NCBI GenBank assembly: GCA_040285855.1
Contig: JAUFOQ010000003.1
Span: forward strand, 2,232,001-2,296,000
Direction of reading: 5' to 3'
DNA: 64,000 nt
Origin: Eukaryota sp. GEM-RC1
Taxonomy: Eukaryota
Shown here: positions 1 to 13,200 of the stretch, one piece after another
How positions within the stretch are numbered: the stretch's first letter is position 1
Layout of the letters: the number at the start of each line of letters is the position of its first letter
The notes under the pieces: model-generated
The model's input: only the letters and a program-made list of their open reading frames with translations
What the model was told of the DNA's origin: nothing
Databases searched by the model: none
Program-made: the position numbers and the translations under genes

Positions 1-87
1 TTAATACCTAAAGGTGCAAAGGGGAGGGTAAAAGGATGTTTATAAATCAAATTATACGTACTAGTAACACTTCACTAACACCTGTGG

Positions 88-720
88 CTAACATCTACCA
101 AGTTGACCATAAATTGAAATTGCAAAAGGACATAATTTGTACTCAACATGTCTAATATGTTTGAGAGCAGTCAATGGTTCATCATATTTGTTTCTCTTGT
201 ATTGTTCGGAAAAATCCAGTGGAAAAACTTCACTTTCAGCATCCTTGAATGCACTTTTTTTGCAAACATCCACAGTAATCACATCAACAACCGTTAGTTC
301 ATCATTGACTGATGGAACTATGACGTCAGCTCTTCTTTTACCAAAAGTCTTATCAGAATCACTATTTTTGAAATTATTGAATTCCAGTGATCTCAGGCTC
401 AACGAAAGATTCTATTTTGTAGGACTTACACATGGCATGAATTTGATCTCTGGCAGCATCAGGAATACAAGTTCTATAAGTAATGAAACGATTGCAACTC
501 AAAAGGTGAGAAAAAGTATCTAATTTACCACATTACATTGAAGATCATTAGGTAAATTAGAGGGCCACATGAAACATCGAAGCCTGAATGTTGTAGTCCA
601 TTGATGATCATTCAACAACAAACCATAAGTCTGAGGATTTTGGTTAATCAAAGCAACTGAAGAACTGTCCTTCGAATCAATTAATAATTTTTCGAACACT
701 GAGAGATGAAATTTTCACTA
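88..720 (-). mobile_element. Degenerate 3' part of an RLE-type (CRE/R2-like) non-LTR retrotransposon
   Basis: ORF 88..402 reads RRADVIVP...VVDVITVDVC...PL...EQYKRNKY...PFAISIYGQLG (restriction-like endonuclease motifs). Upstream, frameshifted sequence gives FRLRCF...QC...HLLSC, resembling the zinc knuckle region. Confidence 0.7.
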
Positions 721-842
721 GAGATGTTGTTACATCTAACCGATATTTTAATCGTTTTTCTTCTCTTACTAATGGATTCGAATCGGTTTTTCATGTTATA
801 TTAAATAGCATTTCCATTGAACTAATCGAATTTTCAGGTTAC

Positions 843-2518
843 TTGAATTCATTTGCTATTACCACCTCTATATTGGTTGTCTCTGCCTTATGTATATCTG
901 TTTTATTACTTTACATCTCCTGTAGGCAACAATCGTCACTACTCTGGTACTTATACGTTTCTATGAATCTCGTGATCATGTTGTGTTGTGTGTTAGTCCT
1001 AATACTATTAGTCAGCAATAGGTCCAGCGCTATATCTTGGCACAGGTTAGCTCTTGATCATTTAGAGACTCAACACGTGGTTAAAGAGTTGAGTCCATGG
1101 GTTTCAGCTTTGTATTATAAACTCTCTCCGATTCGTTTCTCCAAACAGTGGAAACATTAATGTCTACAAAAGTGTTTGGTCTCACTACAACTCTTTCAAT
1201 TTAAATATTCAAAAAATTTCTACAAATTCAAGATTTCAAGACAGTGTAATATCAGTAATTGATAATTTTGAAGAAATTTCATCTCGTCTGAAGATCTCTT
1301 TTTCCCTCGCTGCATCAGCTTTTAATTTTCCATCTGACGTTGTACCAGAATTACAAGGATTCTCTTGGGATAAATCAGCTGATCCCAACTATGAGCTAAT
1401 CAAGATCCTTGAACGTGAGGTTTCTCTAAGTAATCGTTATACCAACTCATCATTTGACCTTAATAGACCTGGAAGTGAACAACTTCACTTAGCTCGATTT
1501 CTTGTTAGTGAAAGGTCCTTTATGGAATCTGTTGAGACTTTATTGGGAGATCTTGAGTCTATTTCGAATGATCTTGTTGAGACTGTGACTCAGGAATCTT
1601 CTGTATTGTCCTCTGTTCTAGATACCTTCTATCTACAAACTCTAATATTTATCATTTCTATATTTGCCTTGATTCAATTGATCACGTGCGTTTTTCTGCG
1701 TTCCAATGATTCCCAGACAGTTTCTCATGTCCAACAGAAAATTGATCTCTTGTTGATTAGAAAATTTCAAAAACAAACTATTATTGCACTTGTTCTAGTA
1801 TCTGTTGCTCTCTGTTTGTTCTTTGTATTTACCATCTTTGGAGCCTCCTACCTCTCCGCTTTCCCTCAACAGATTCAGTTAGCTGGCCTTAGAGCTGCTC
1901 TAGTTGATCGTTGTACTAGCGTTTATCTAAATGCCTATTCTGAACATGAGTTAAGGGATCAGAGCTTTCACTTTTTAACAGATTTGTTGGATCAGTTGGA
2001 GTCTGTTCATTCCAATTTATTGTACAAAACTCCGTCTAGGTTAGTTGATTCTTCTGCAGGAAGACATAGTGAGCAATCAACTTTGATTTTTGATACGAGA
2101 TTCAATGAAAATCCGTACAATTCAACCACTCGTGGTCTTTTTGGGCTTAATTTTCTTTTGTTTCCAGTTTGTTCAAGGCATGAGAGCTGTAATTAACGAC
2201 GAATTAGATGCAGACTTTAGATCTAGTATTTTCCCACTAGTCGAAATAGCCTATACTCTAACTGAATTAGGTTTAGATTCATTAGACATTTATCATGCGG
2301 AAATTTCTGAGATTATATCTTCACAACGGTTCTTTTCTGTGATTCTCTTGATTGTATTTGTGATTGTTGTGATATCGGTTTACTTCCTTGTTTTTAGACC
2401 AATTTTAAGAACTCTCACTGCAGAAGAGGAGATCTCCTTGCATTTACTTTCAATGATTCCTTCCTCTGTCATTGATGATAGTCCTCATATCCGACATTTT
2501 GTTTCACAATTTGGGTGA
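843..2518 (+). CDS. Multi-pass membrane protein, TmcB/TmcC-like C-terminal region (frameshifted, possibly 5'-truncated)
   Basis: Several hydrophobic helices across ORFs 843..1160, 1522..2196 and 2090..2518. It ends YFLVFRPILRTL...LLSMIP...IRHF, a C-terminal signature of protist TmcB-like proteins. Confidence 0.5.
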
Positions 2519-3149
2519 TTTATATTTTACATTGGTGTTGTTTTTAGTAGGAGTTTATTGATCATTCTTTACATTTCTATAAACTATTGATGTATAAAAG
2601 ACTTGAAGAATTCAGTAATTTTTGGATTCCTTACAAATATTCCTTACAGGTATTCCTTACAACAGGAACGATCTCAACCAGAAGTTGGTACTGAATTCAG
2701 TATCACCTGTTCCTTCTACTGTGATACACGTGAGTTAATCTCTCTCACCTCATTACTGAATCTGTTTTCAATGTTTCTATCTAGCTGATGCGGAGAATGT
2801 GGATTACGAAAGTCAGTGTTATCCATCATTTCTAATCAGGTGGAGCGTTTAGTTCAGATACTTTAACTAGCGTCTTCTAGTTTTGGTTAGTGTACTTTGT
2901 CCGTGGTAAGTTGGTGTCGTCCAATTAAATTTCTAGTACCAGACGAGAAATTGGACTCTCGGCCAATTAAATTTCTGGTACAATGTTGTATGTTGGTGTC
3001 TTCAAATATAATTATTTTCATTTGGGTGAACCAAATTTAAATTGGAAATTTTATTGTTTAAATGGGGATCCATTGTACTTACAAATCTACCCAAACAAGA
3101 ACAAATAAAAAGATAATTTTGCCTTTACTTTTTCATCTTTCAAATCACC

Positions 3150-3510
3150 CTGATTCCACTCAGAAAACGGGTGATTCTATTAGCCTTGGTTGTCATGTCA
3201 GGAAATTGTACATTAGTTGATTGTGAAACAAGAGTTGATCTTTCAATTTTACAACTGTCTACCCTTGCAAATCTTCAGGTATTGCAAATCTCTTGAATAT
3301 TTCAAAAGATCAAGATCAACTGGAAGATGCTGGGAAAGCTAAGTTTCAAACTACGTTCATAAAATTGATGCTTTGAATTCACGAGTACACTAAAATATTG
3401 TCACTCAACCATTTGCGGTACCTTTGTATGGAAATGTTGATGTTGCACAAAGGAGTTTTAAAGTCTGTTTGAAAAATTGTGTCCTGAATTTGGTAAGAAG
3501 TTCAACAGAT
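3150..3510 (+). mobile_element. Highly degenerate RLE non-LTR retrotransposon relic
   Basis: Broken frames give GDSI...TLVDCET, DQLEDAGKAKF and QPFAVPLYGNV, in the same order as the motifs of the RLE ORF at 88..402. Confidence 0.45.
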
Positions 3511-3980
3511 CATACCAGAAGTTTACATTTGCTTTTCCCCTTCATAAGTCAATGTACATATATGTTGATTCTATTTTGGCCAAGCTTTTTGATGGTAACT
3601 ACTAGTACATTGTACTAGTATTTGTCGGAATTAGGTAGATACAGTAGTTTGTTTGATATGTTGTTTTAATAGTCTGAATTTATATACATTAGTAGTTTCT
3701 TGTTGAAGTTTGTTTAAGCACATACTGTAAGGCATCTTTTAATATAATATGGATCCCAAAAATGACAATGACATGACACGAAATACACTTGTATGTATTG
3801 AAAACCTAATCATGACAAAAACATGAAGTAAAAGTACATATATGTTCAAGACAAATGAAGTGGGAATGACTATGTGTTACGCTTTGCCATCTAGTGTACC
3901 TCCAAGTACCAGAAAAAGCGGTCAAAATCATACTGAAAATCATGACGATGAAGAATCATCAGTGCAGATTCTTATCACAA

Positions 3981-4824
3981 ATGACCATTCCTATATGGCA
4001 GTACGTGTTAACCATGAGTGGCTACATCCTGCTGCTGATGGGACTAGTTGAATTGATGAGGAAGAAGCCTTTGTTAGCTTTTTGGTGTTTGGCTCCTATC
4101 CTTGGCTACGTTCCCCCTTTGGTTTGAGTATTTAGACGGGTGGTTTAGATGGGGAAAAACACTCAGTGTATTGTTACCTACTGCCTTTATTGTTGGATCT
4201 GCTCGAGTTGCATGGTTCTATAGTGATAACAAACATCCTCTTTTACAAGTTTTCAGAAAAAATTGGGTGATCTGCTTATTATATGGTATTCTAGTGCTGA
4301 ATATTCTCGAAGCCATTGTAAAGGATTTTGCTACTACCAACTATTTCAACGCAGTGTGTGGCATTGTTTTGTGTGTCACAATTCCAGTTCCACGGTTCAA
4401 CAATGTCAAGAAACTCTACTGGGTTATAGAAAAGGACAGACCCAACGATCTCCTCATATACACTTCATCTGCTTGGAACTTCCTTTATACCACATGGAAT
4501 ATGGCTTTTGTTTACGGGGAATCTGGAGCATACTTTACAGCATCTGTTTGTATTTTAACCGCTGCTCTACTTTATACCCTTTTGAAACAGCGTTCGGAAC
4601 TCTTTATTATCGCACGAGTCTACACTTTGGCGTTCCATATCGCACTTCGTGCGTGTAGTGACATTTTCATCTCGCTGATGGATTCTTCTACTTGGATGAA
4701 TGAGCAAGTTCTCTGGTGGTGGGGATTGGTAAACCTTGTTCTTCACTTACCTTTTCTAATTTGGTATTTCCGTAAAAAGGAGAATGTAGAAACTGCTCTA
4801 CCTGAACCGACTGTTGCTTGTTAA
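3981..4824 (+). CDS. DUF5692-like bacterial-type integral membrane protein (one frameshift near 4080-4100)
   Basis: ATG 3981 (MTIPIWQYVLT...) continues into ORF 4102..4824. Motifs WFRWGKTLSV, LNILEAIVKD, NYFNAVCG, FLYTTWNMAFVY, ARVYTLA. Confidence 0.65.
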
Positions 4825-5231
4825 TTTGTTCTCTGGTCTATAAAATCAGTGACATTTTTGTTTTCTTCAATACAGTGTAGTTACATGAAAGTTGCTGTTG
4901 CTTGACTAAGTTATCGAACAGTGACTGGATTTATTCTTCTAGTACGCTACTAGTATTAAGAAAGTAGACTTAGTAAACCTTTTAAATGTGTGGTGAGAAA
5001 AATTGGGCGATTGTATCTGATGGTGCTGTGCGAATTACCGCTTGTTTGAGCAAATATTTTACAGGAAGAATTACATCTAGAAGACACAGATGATGTCAGT
5101 CATTTAGTTGTATTAGTTCGTTATGTTACAACACTTCCCAGATAGCATAATCCAAAAGAGGATAATATATGATGCAAAAATTAACCATAATAAATCAAAG
5201 GTCAAAAACAAAACTAAAACACTAAAAAACA

Positions 5232-6494
5232 CTACCTCCGCTTCTTCTTCCCACTTCCTTTACCAGAACTCCTACGTTTACCAGTAGTAGCCTCGGTCTT
5301 CATCTGAACAGCTGCCAACCTTCCCGCTTCAGAAACTCTCTCTAGCAACACTAGAGCTTCTTCCTTATCTAACTGATATTGATCCATTTTGTAATCCTCC
5401 CCACCTCCAACAAACTCCTCTATTCTTTGAAACAACTCAATATCATACTGTGTTACTAGAGATATTGCCTTACCATTCCTACCAGCTCTAGCTGTTCGTC
5501 CAACTCGATGAACATAATCTTTACTACTGTTAGGAACGTCATAGTTGATAACAATGTCAACAGAAGGGATGTCAAGTCCACGTGATGCCACGTCAGTAGC
5601 GACTAGAATTGCTTCGGTTCCACTTTTAAACTTATTTAGAGCACCTAATCGTTCGGTTTGAGATAATTGACCATGAATTGGTATTGCCGAATAACCCAAG
5701 TTTCGTAATAATAAAGTTAAACGCTTCACTGCGACACACGTGGCTGCAAAAATAATAATAGATTTTCCAGACAATTTAATTAGTGCTAAATTTAGGTAAG
5801 TATCCTTATACTTAGCTGGACAAAAGACAAAAGACTGTGACAAAGTCTTAACAGTTTCCCCCTTTCTGGAAACTTCGATTCTCTCCACAGATTGAGTGAA
5901 TGAAGCTCGTTGGAGTTTCTCCACCTTCCTAGTCATCGTTGCACTGAACAGAAGAGTTCTACGATTGGCTGGGAGAGTTTTGATGATTGTGTGCAATTCT
6001 TCTTCAAAAGAGGAATCTAAAAGACGATCTGCTTCATCTAGAATGAAATAGCCAGCTCGAGATAGGCTGAAGCCTTTAGTAGCATCCAGATGGTCAGTCA
6101 GACGACCAGGAGTTGCCACGATTATGTGGGGATTCTTGGAAAGACTCAATGCTTGAGTCATCATGTCAATTCCTCCAACCAGAACAGCTTGACGAACAGA
6201 GAGGGGTCCGCCAATTGCGCGAAGTGTTTCACCTATTTGAAGAGCTAATTCACGGGTAGGTGCTATGATGACACCGAAAAAAGGTCTAGGTGATTTGAGA
6301 AGAGATCGGAGCATGGGAATGACGAAAGCAGCGGTTTTTCCAGAACCAGTTTCTGCTAGGCCAATGACATCTTTGTCATCAGGAATGGGGATAACTTTAG
6401 CTTGAATAGGAGTCGGTTTTTCCCACTTTAGTGCAGAAATGGAGTTGAGAAGAGGTTGAGATAGCTCAAGTTCATCCCAAGAAGAATCGGACAT
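5232..6494 (-). CDS. RRP3: DEAD-box rRNA helicase Rrp3/DDX47
   Basis: GLAETGSGKTAAF, PTRELALQI, VGGIDMMTQAL, DEAD, SAT, HRVGRTARAG, VTQYDIE. Confidence 0.93.
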   Translation of the reverse strand: MSDSSWDELELSQPLLNSISALKWEKPTPIQAKVIPIPDDKDVIGLAETGSGKTAAFVIPMLRSLLKSPRPFFGVIIAPTRELALQIGETLRAIGGPLSVRQAVLVGGIDMMTQALSLSKNPHIIVATPGRLTDHLDATKGFSLSRAGYFILDEADRLLDSSFEEELHTIIKTLPANRRTLLFSATMTRKVEKLQRASFTQSVERIEVSRKGETVKTLSQSFVFCPAKYKDTYLNLALIKLSGKSIIIFAATCVAVKRLTLLLRNLGYSAIPIHGQLSQTERLGALNKFKSGTEAILVATDVASRGLDIPSVDIVINYDVPNSSKDYVHRVGRTARAGRNGKAISLVTQYDIELFQRIEEFVGGGEDYKMDQYQLDKEEALVLLERVSEAGRLAAVQMKTEATTGKRRSSGKGSGKKKRR

Positions 6495-6563
6495 GGAGAT
6501 TCTCTGTTTTTCTTACAAAGAATTTGTTCATTAAATGAAGCTCCTACTAGATTTTGAATACTA

Positions 6564-6620
6564 CAGTCTACCCCCCATTACTGCAAGCCTTTGGGCAGAC
6601 CTTAATGGGAGGGTAGACTG
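6564..6620. mobile_element. 57-bp TA-flanked hairpin micro-element (TIR CAGTCTACCC...)
   Basis: TA|cagtctaccccccatta...taatgggagggtagactg|TA. Near-perfect 17-bp inverted repeat. Confidence 0.7.
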
Positions 6621-6796
6621 TAGTAGTGTTGAGATATGGGTGTTGTTCTGTAAAGTTGTTCACAGACAATAATTATGCAGAATCATCACAAAGTAACAAT
6701 GACGTGTATGTTACTGTAACATGCAAATCAAGCAATCAACATCTCGTAAAGCAAATCATAATAATTAATGAGGTACAAAGTTTATTATAAATTCAA

Positions 6797-8298
6797 CTAT
6801 TCCTTGATCAAACCAGTAGCCTTGTTGAATTCTTTAATCTTTTGATCATAAAACTCAACCAACTTCCAATGGTTCAAATAAAACTCACGGTCAAACCACT
6901 GAGCGTCCAAATCCTCAGCTTGCATTCCACGTTGTTCAATCCAAGTATAATACTTCAAGTTATGAATACGTTTCTTGGCATAATATGTAAGTTCTTCAAC
7001 ATAATCAATCTTGATACCAAGCATATTGGAACTGTGAATAACGGCAGATTCGGTAGGAGTCATTTCACCGAACTTTACGGCTTCAGAATCAATTCTGGAC
7101 TGGTACATGGCGGCAGAATCTGTAGCTACGGTAAACAAACAATCAGATTCGTCCATTTCAAAGAACTTGGCCATCTTAATACAACCAATAACATTAGCAA
7201 TAGAAGACACACCAAGAGCTTCCAACTTGTCAACAAGCTTAGCATCAATACCAATAGACTTGAGATACTTGCGGCCTTCTTCAGTATTGAAGAGGCGTAA
7301 GAGTCTGTAGGAGTCTTCGTCGTCAAGACCAACAGCTACATCGGTGTTTCTGACATTATGCACCCAGGGAATATGCTTGTCACCGATGCCTTCAATACGA
7401 TGTCCACCGAAACCATTGTTAAGGATAGTAGGGCATTGAATGGCTTCTCCAACGGCAATCTTCATTTGAGGGAATCTTTCCTTGAGATAATCACCAGCAG
7501 CTAAAGTACCGGCAGATCCAGAACATGAGAAGAATCCAGACATACGGAGAGTAGGGTCTTTGGCGTAGTCTTCAAAGACTTCTCGAATAGCGTCACCAGT
7601 ACAATAGTAATGGAACAAAGGATTGGAGAGGTCTGAGAATTGGTTGAAGGCAACAATAGATCCTTTACCAGTCTCAATGAGCTCTTCAGTCTTTTCAAAG
7701 ATTTCACGGACGTTGGATTCACATCCAGGAGTGGCGTAGATTTCTGAACCAATTTCCTTCAACCAGTTGAAACGTTCAGGGGACATTTCTTCAGGAAGAA
7801 CAGCAATGGCTTTGCAGTCCATGAGAGCGCAATTGAATGCACCTCCACGGCAGTAGTTTCCAGTGGAAGGCCAGAGGGCGGCTTGAGTTTCGGGGTCAAA
7901 ACGTCCAGTGGTAACTTGAGAAACAAGAGGTCCATAAGAAGCTCCTAAAATGAGAAAATTCGGATGACAAACCAATTTTGTGACTGCCACTGGGGAAATA
8001 CTTACCAAGAAGAACATAAATCTTAGCCTTGACACCAGTGAGTTCGGTTGGCAACTCGAGGTAGTTGATGTCACCATATAAACCGGTTTCAGGATTGTTC
8101 TTCCATGAGATACGGTACAAGTTGAGGGGGATTGACGGCTTGAGGATCAAGTTCTTTCAATTGATCCTTGATAGATTGAGAAATCTTTTCAGGATTGCGA
8201 AGTTCTTCAAAAGTGGGAAGAATAATGTTACGGTCGCGAAAGCGGTTAACAGCCTTGTTGAAAACTTCAGGATTACCTTCGGGAACAGAGATTGACAT
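6797..8298 (-). CDS. PLP-dependent fold-type II enzyme (cysteine-synthase-like beta family), bacterial type; one 28-nt intron and one homopolymer frameshift
   Basis: ATG 8298; frameshift in the G run near 8126-8130; intron 7945..7972. Spliced product FPSGSHKIGASYG (PLP lysine), WPSTGNYCRGG, GSAGT, HRIEGIGDKHIPW. Confidence 0.85.
7945..7972 (-). other. 28-nt spliceosomal intron
   Basis: gtttgtcatccgaattttctcattttag; its removal restores HKIG-ASYG in frame. Confidence 0.85.
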
Positions 8299-8383
8299 AA
8301 GGGGTTGAATTGAAGAAGTGTGGAATGAACTTTCCAAAAGACCGTTTTCTGCGGAATTCGTTTGAAATTTTCTTGTCTTCAAG

Positions 8384-8728
8384 ATGGACCAAATAGACCA
8401 ATCCATCCATTACTACAAACAACACCACACCAAAGTTTTGAATGACATTGCCGTTGAAGAAGCTGAAGTTCAAAAAATTGATAACGAAATTGGCATTTTG
8501 AATCGTCTTATAGAAGAGCAGAAGACTATCAAAGCATCTAAAGTGGAAGAGTTTAAGGAAATTCAGAAGCTGTTAGGTGAACAGAATGTTACATATAAGT
8601 CCGTTGTGTCTGATGTAAGGTCTCTTCTAGATGATATCAATAGGAAAACCAGTAAGAACATGCGACAAGAAGCTAGCCGCAAGTCAGCTGTTCCTAATAG
8701 GAGTGCTCTTAAACGCCAATTCAAGTAG
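8384..8728 (+). CDS. Small coiled-coil protein, SSNA1/DIP13-like
   Basis: 114 aa heptad pattern. I..EE.E..KI.NEI..L and Y..VV.....LL resemble SSNA1. Confidence 0.45.
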   Translation: MDQIDQSIHYYKQHHTKVLNDIAVEEAEVQKIDNEIGILNRLIEEQKTIKASKVEEFKEIQKLLGEQNVTYKSVVSDVRSLLDDINRKTSKNMRQEASRKSAVPNRSALKRQFK

Positions 8729-9131
8729 ACAGCTGTCTATCGGGTCTGGTCTTTATATTCTTTTGCTACTTCTTCATCTTTGAAAACCTCTTGTTAATTG
8801 TCGTCCTTCTAGACATTTTTTGTATTTTTTTGTACCATAATAATCCGGCTGTTTTTAAGGTTTTCATTCAAGCAACTATAAGTAGAACTACACATGTACT
8901 TAGTAAAGAAAATTGATGAATTGTACGAAAACCATAAAAACCAAAATACTTTGTGCTTTGTTGAATTATAATCAGATTTTTAACCAAACCTTAACAGGAT
9001 CTACGGAAGATTTGATTTGATTTTTCGCTTTTTAAGCCAATACATGGATATATTGATTCTATTTTGGTTAAGTTGTTTGGTGGCAACTACATGTACCAGT
9101 CAGAATTGAGTTGTTCGTTAACAACAAAACA

Positions 9132-9560
9132 AACTCTATTTGGTACCCAAAATGGTAACCTTTCTACAAAAATACAAACTTGTAGAACAAATGGATATTA
9201 CGAAGACTGAGTATAAACGAATGACTACTTGATAAGTAGAATGACTACTAGTAACAGTCACACCAAACCTGTACAATTTCACAACTAAAAGAGAGAAATA
9301 GAAAGGCATATTCAGCAATTCATTTCTAAGCTTACAGTTCGTTTTCCTTTACAAAATTGTCGACTTGCAGGTCTTATCGATCCACAAAGAGAAACAGCAA
9401 ACGGTTGAAACACAAATTTAGACTACGATTTTGGAATTGATTCTTCTACTTGAGAGTCATATTTGGAATGCTTGGGCTTTTCAGCAGCTATCAACGGATT
9501 AAAAGAAGAATTTAATAACCTACTAACATAACATTTGTTACAAACATCGACTGTAGTTTA
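9132..9560 (-). mobile_element. Degenerate RLE non-LTR retrotransposon 3' fragment, same family as 48436..48800
   Basis: Minus strand gives TTVDVCNKC...NPLIAAEKPKHSKY...SKFVFQPFAVSLCGSI. DNA matches the 48460 region and the 3' UTR (aggttacc...gggtacc.aata). Confidence 0.75.
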
Positions 9561-10227
9561 TTTGATAGTATACTTTAATTGTCTTCATTTATATTTAGTT
9601 TCTTGTTGTGTTTTTGTCTTGGCACATGAATTCGCTTAACAATTGTCACTATTGCTAATCAACAAACTTATTGATCAACGGGATTCAATGTCCAATCACT
9701 GAGATATTATATTATCTAGTAAAGCAGCAGAACACAATTGAGTGGCTTTTCATTCTTTATCAAAGGCCAAGGAAATTCCACAACTAACGGTAGTATTTCA
9801 AATGTCATGAATAACATCACTATCTAGTAACTCATCTGTAACACATACTTTTTTACCTTAAACGACTCTTTATAAATGTAACAGGCTAAACAAATAAAAT
9901 TTGATGTCATTAAAACAACAACCATCACTATCAAATCTTACAAGAACTTAGTCCTCATAAAAGGAACTCACAGCTAGTAAAGCTTTGGAGATGATTAGCG
10001 GAATTGTTTCAAAAACAGTAAGAACGATCCGATTCAACCATTATAGTAACATATGATCAACACGTTTGTTCATCCTATTTTTAGGATTTTTCCGAAGTCG
10101 TTTAAAAAATTCAATACACTTTTTCTTCCTAGGCTCTGAATTCATTGAACACTAAAAAAAATGAAACACTTATGCAACGAGTTTATTGTAGATAATTTGT
10201 TTACAAATACAAAAAAAGATTCAGCAA

Positions 10228-13200
10228 TCAATAATATAAAACATCAGACAAAAAATAACATTCTACTTTTTTTAAATTTTGAATTCGTTCCTTCAACATT
10301 GCCATTCGAGAGCTAGTAGCATCAGTAGTCCCCAGTAGTGGCGGCGGCAGAGCCTCCAGATCCCGTCCAAATGTCCTTGAAGAAGGCTGCGGAGTTTTAG
10401 CCTGCAGTTCTTGAAGTTGAGAGAATGTATCGTGTAACTGTTCATTAGAAGGAGGTGGCTTGTAAACTACTGTTTCTGGTCTTGAACTTCGTAGAGTGCT
10501 TAATCTAGACAGAAGCTCAGATGAAGAAACAGCTCCCACAGTGGTTTTTGACTGGAGTTTGGATAACTTGTCTCTAAATCGTGATGCAATCTCAGACATT
10601 TGGTCAACAGTAGTTTGACTAGAAACTTCTTCTTGAGCGGGTAATTGTACAGATTCAGTTGTACGAGGAGGAAGCAAACTGATTATTGACCTAGCTTGAT
10701 TGTCTGGGACGCACTGTTTGATGATGGCGGTGACATCTAGACCTGAGTGCTGCTTAGCGAACAAAATTAATTGTTCCCTAAATTCATCAGATTTGTCAGT
10801 ATTATTTAAAATTTTGACAACCAGGTCCTTTACGACAGCTTCAGTGTCGTTAACAGAAACGGCAGTATTGCGTGATTCAATAGTTCCAGGTGGAATTATA
10901 GGAGAATTCATAGGTTCACCTACAGAAAAACTCAAAAGCTCCTCAATATAACCTAACAATGGGGAATATCCAGATGAAGGAACAAGAGTTAGATGATTGG
11001 AAACGTTTTGGCCCAACTGATTGGTGATCTTTTCTAGCAAAGTCTTGATTAATTTGAGCTTCAGGTCACTCTTATCAGATAGTCGTTCTCGGTCATAAGA
11101 AACTAGGAATAAATGAACATCTCTCAATAAAAGGTCAAAATCAACACAATCACCATCTGACCAATCAATTAGCGACGTCGTCAGTTTAGTTAGGCACTTA
11201 AGAATCAAACTTTCAAACTGCTCAATCTCATTTGGAGAGAGTTCAGAGCAATACTTGGCGACGTGTTGCCTAGAAACACACGGCTGCGAAAGATTCAACA
11301 AAACAGAATACAAAACGTTACGATTTCCATGGTCCAATACTACAAGCATGACTCTGTTTACTTGACGAATGAGATTGTTTACGTAGCTTCCAAGTTTACG
11401 GAACTCCCCGTAAACAACAAAAGTACATACAGAAGAGACAAAGTGTTTCAGTTGAGTAGCAGAGACCAAGCGCCCTCCAGTATCCTTTGAATTGAATATG
11501 AAAAGGATGATTCTGAGTGCAATCAAGGAACCATCAGAAATGACAGAGATAGAGGTATTTAAAGTTTCGGCCTCTAAGTCAGAACTATGTGGAAGTTGAT
11601 TGTATAACCTAATCATGGTTTTAAAATACTGCATTAGAGAATTAGTCAGCAGTTCCATTAGAGAATCAACGTGGGGATGGATGATGTGATGCTCAGAATC
11701 ACTGCAAAATTTGTGTAAATTTTTAATATTGTTGGTATGCTGAATGAAAGTGTTCAAATCAGAAAAATCAACACAATTTCTGACACTATCCATTATTGAA
11801 GATATTGAAGTACTAGGAAGACCCACAATCGATGACGCCAACTTGCTCTTTCTGGGTAATCTAGGAGTCGCACCTGCCAAAAACAGTGAATCACCAAACG
11901 ACACACTCGACTCATCTGTCTCTCCACTGTCCTTTTGATCCCTTTGTGACGAGGACTCAAGGTGACCAAATCCAATGGGAGTAGGAGGAGTGGCGGGTAA
12001 TTGGAGGTCCTGGACTGATGGTGGAAGGTGAGGTTCGTCGGTTGGAGGAACATGGGCATGGGAATGGGCAGTTTCGGAAGATAGAGAGCTTTGCTGATGC
12101 ATGACTAGGTCGAAAAACGATTGATCAGCAATCATTTTTGATAGATTGTCATCTGGATACAACGACAAACACAAAGCGGCAAACTTCACAGACGCTGGTT
12201 TCAGATTTTGATCGGTAGAAATCTCTCTAATGATCTGTCCAAGTTTATGAGGACTACCAACAGTAGGCCCGTGTCTAGACAAAAACGAGGAGCAGACTTC
12301 TAGTAATTCTACTCGTAACTTAGGACTTCGAAGGGCAAATGCATCGATTAACAAGGAGAAAACACGACTTGCAGGGCAAACGAAGCAACTAGTGTGGACT
12401 AAATCTCTCGCAAGGTTTCTGATAGGTTCTTTCGAGGACTTGAGGGAATCTATTATATAAGGAAGTGACGCAGAAAGTTCGTAATCTGTAAGTCTGTATG
12501 AAATAGATTTAAAATGATTAAAGAGTGAGGTTAACAACTCAAGAATTCGACGAGTGATTGCAGGTTGATCATCTGTGAGTTTGAGTGAGCACCATCGGAG
12601 GATGACGTCAGCATGGCTCAAAATAGTGAGATTTTGAGATGAAGTCTTTGACTTCTCATAGCTTGTGACAAATGACTATTCAAAACATCAATTGCAGACT
12701 GAACGTCTGGCAAAGCAATAGACGTCATCAAATCCATCAGTTTTTGATTGGCAATCATATGTAGAAACTGCTTCAACTGTTCCATATACTCAACCTTAGA
12801 TCGAGACACAGCATCCACACTTCCCCACTTAGTAACCCCCTTACGTTCCCTAAACCAACGCTTTTCCTTTGCTTCCATGTAATCAGTTGAGTTAGCTGGT
12901 ACTGGAAGAAGTCCTGGGGATTCAACAGGTGATGACGTGTGCTCATCTCTAGACTTCTGAGCACGTGATAGAGGCTTTTTGATTGGTGCGTTCTTTCTAA
13001 TCACCTTTTCTTCTGGTTCTGGTTCCTTTTCTACAATCTTCTTTGGTGACTGAGCTCTTTTAGTAGCACTTGCAGGTTGAACACTGGCAGTGATTGACTC
13101 TAACTTAGAGGCTAGAGGCTTTAGTCTGTCTTGTTCACTGATGGGGAGTTTTCTAATCATGTTACAAATCTTATTTCCTCCTACGAACATAGCAACAGAA

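Noticed and set aside
9570..10150. Degenerate hAT transposase
   Set aside because: Only a vague SDN-like motif among many stops; not supportable.
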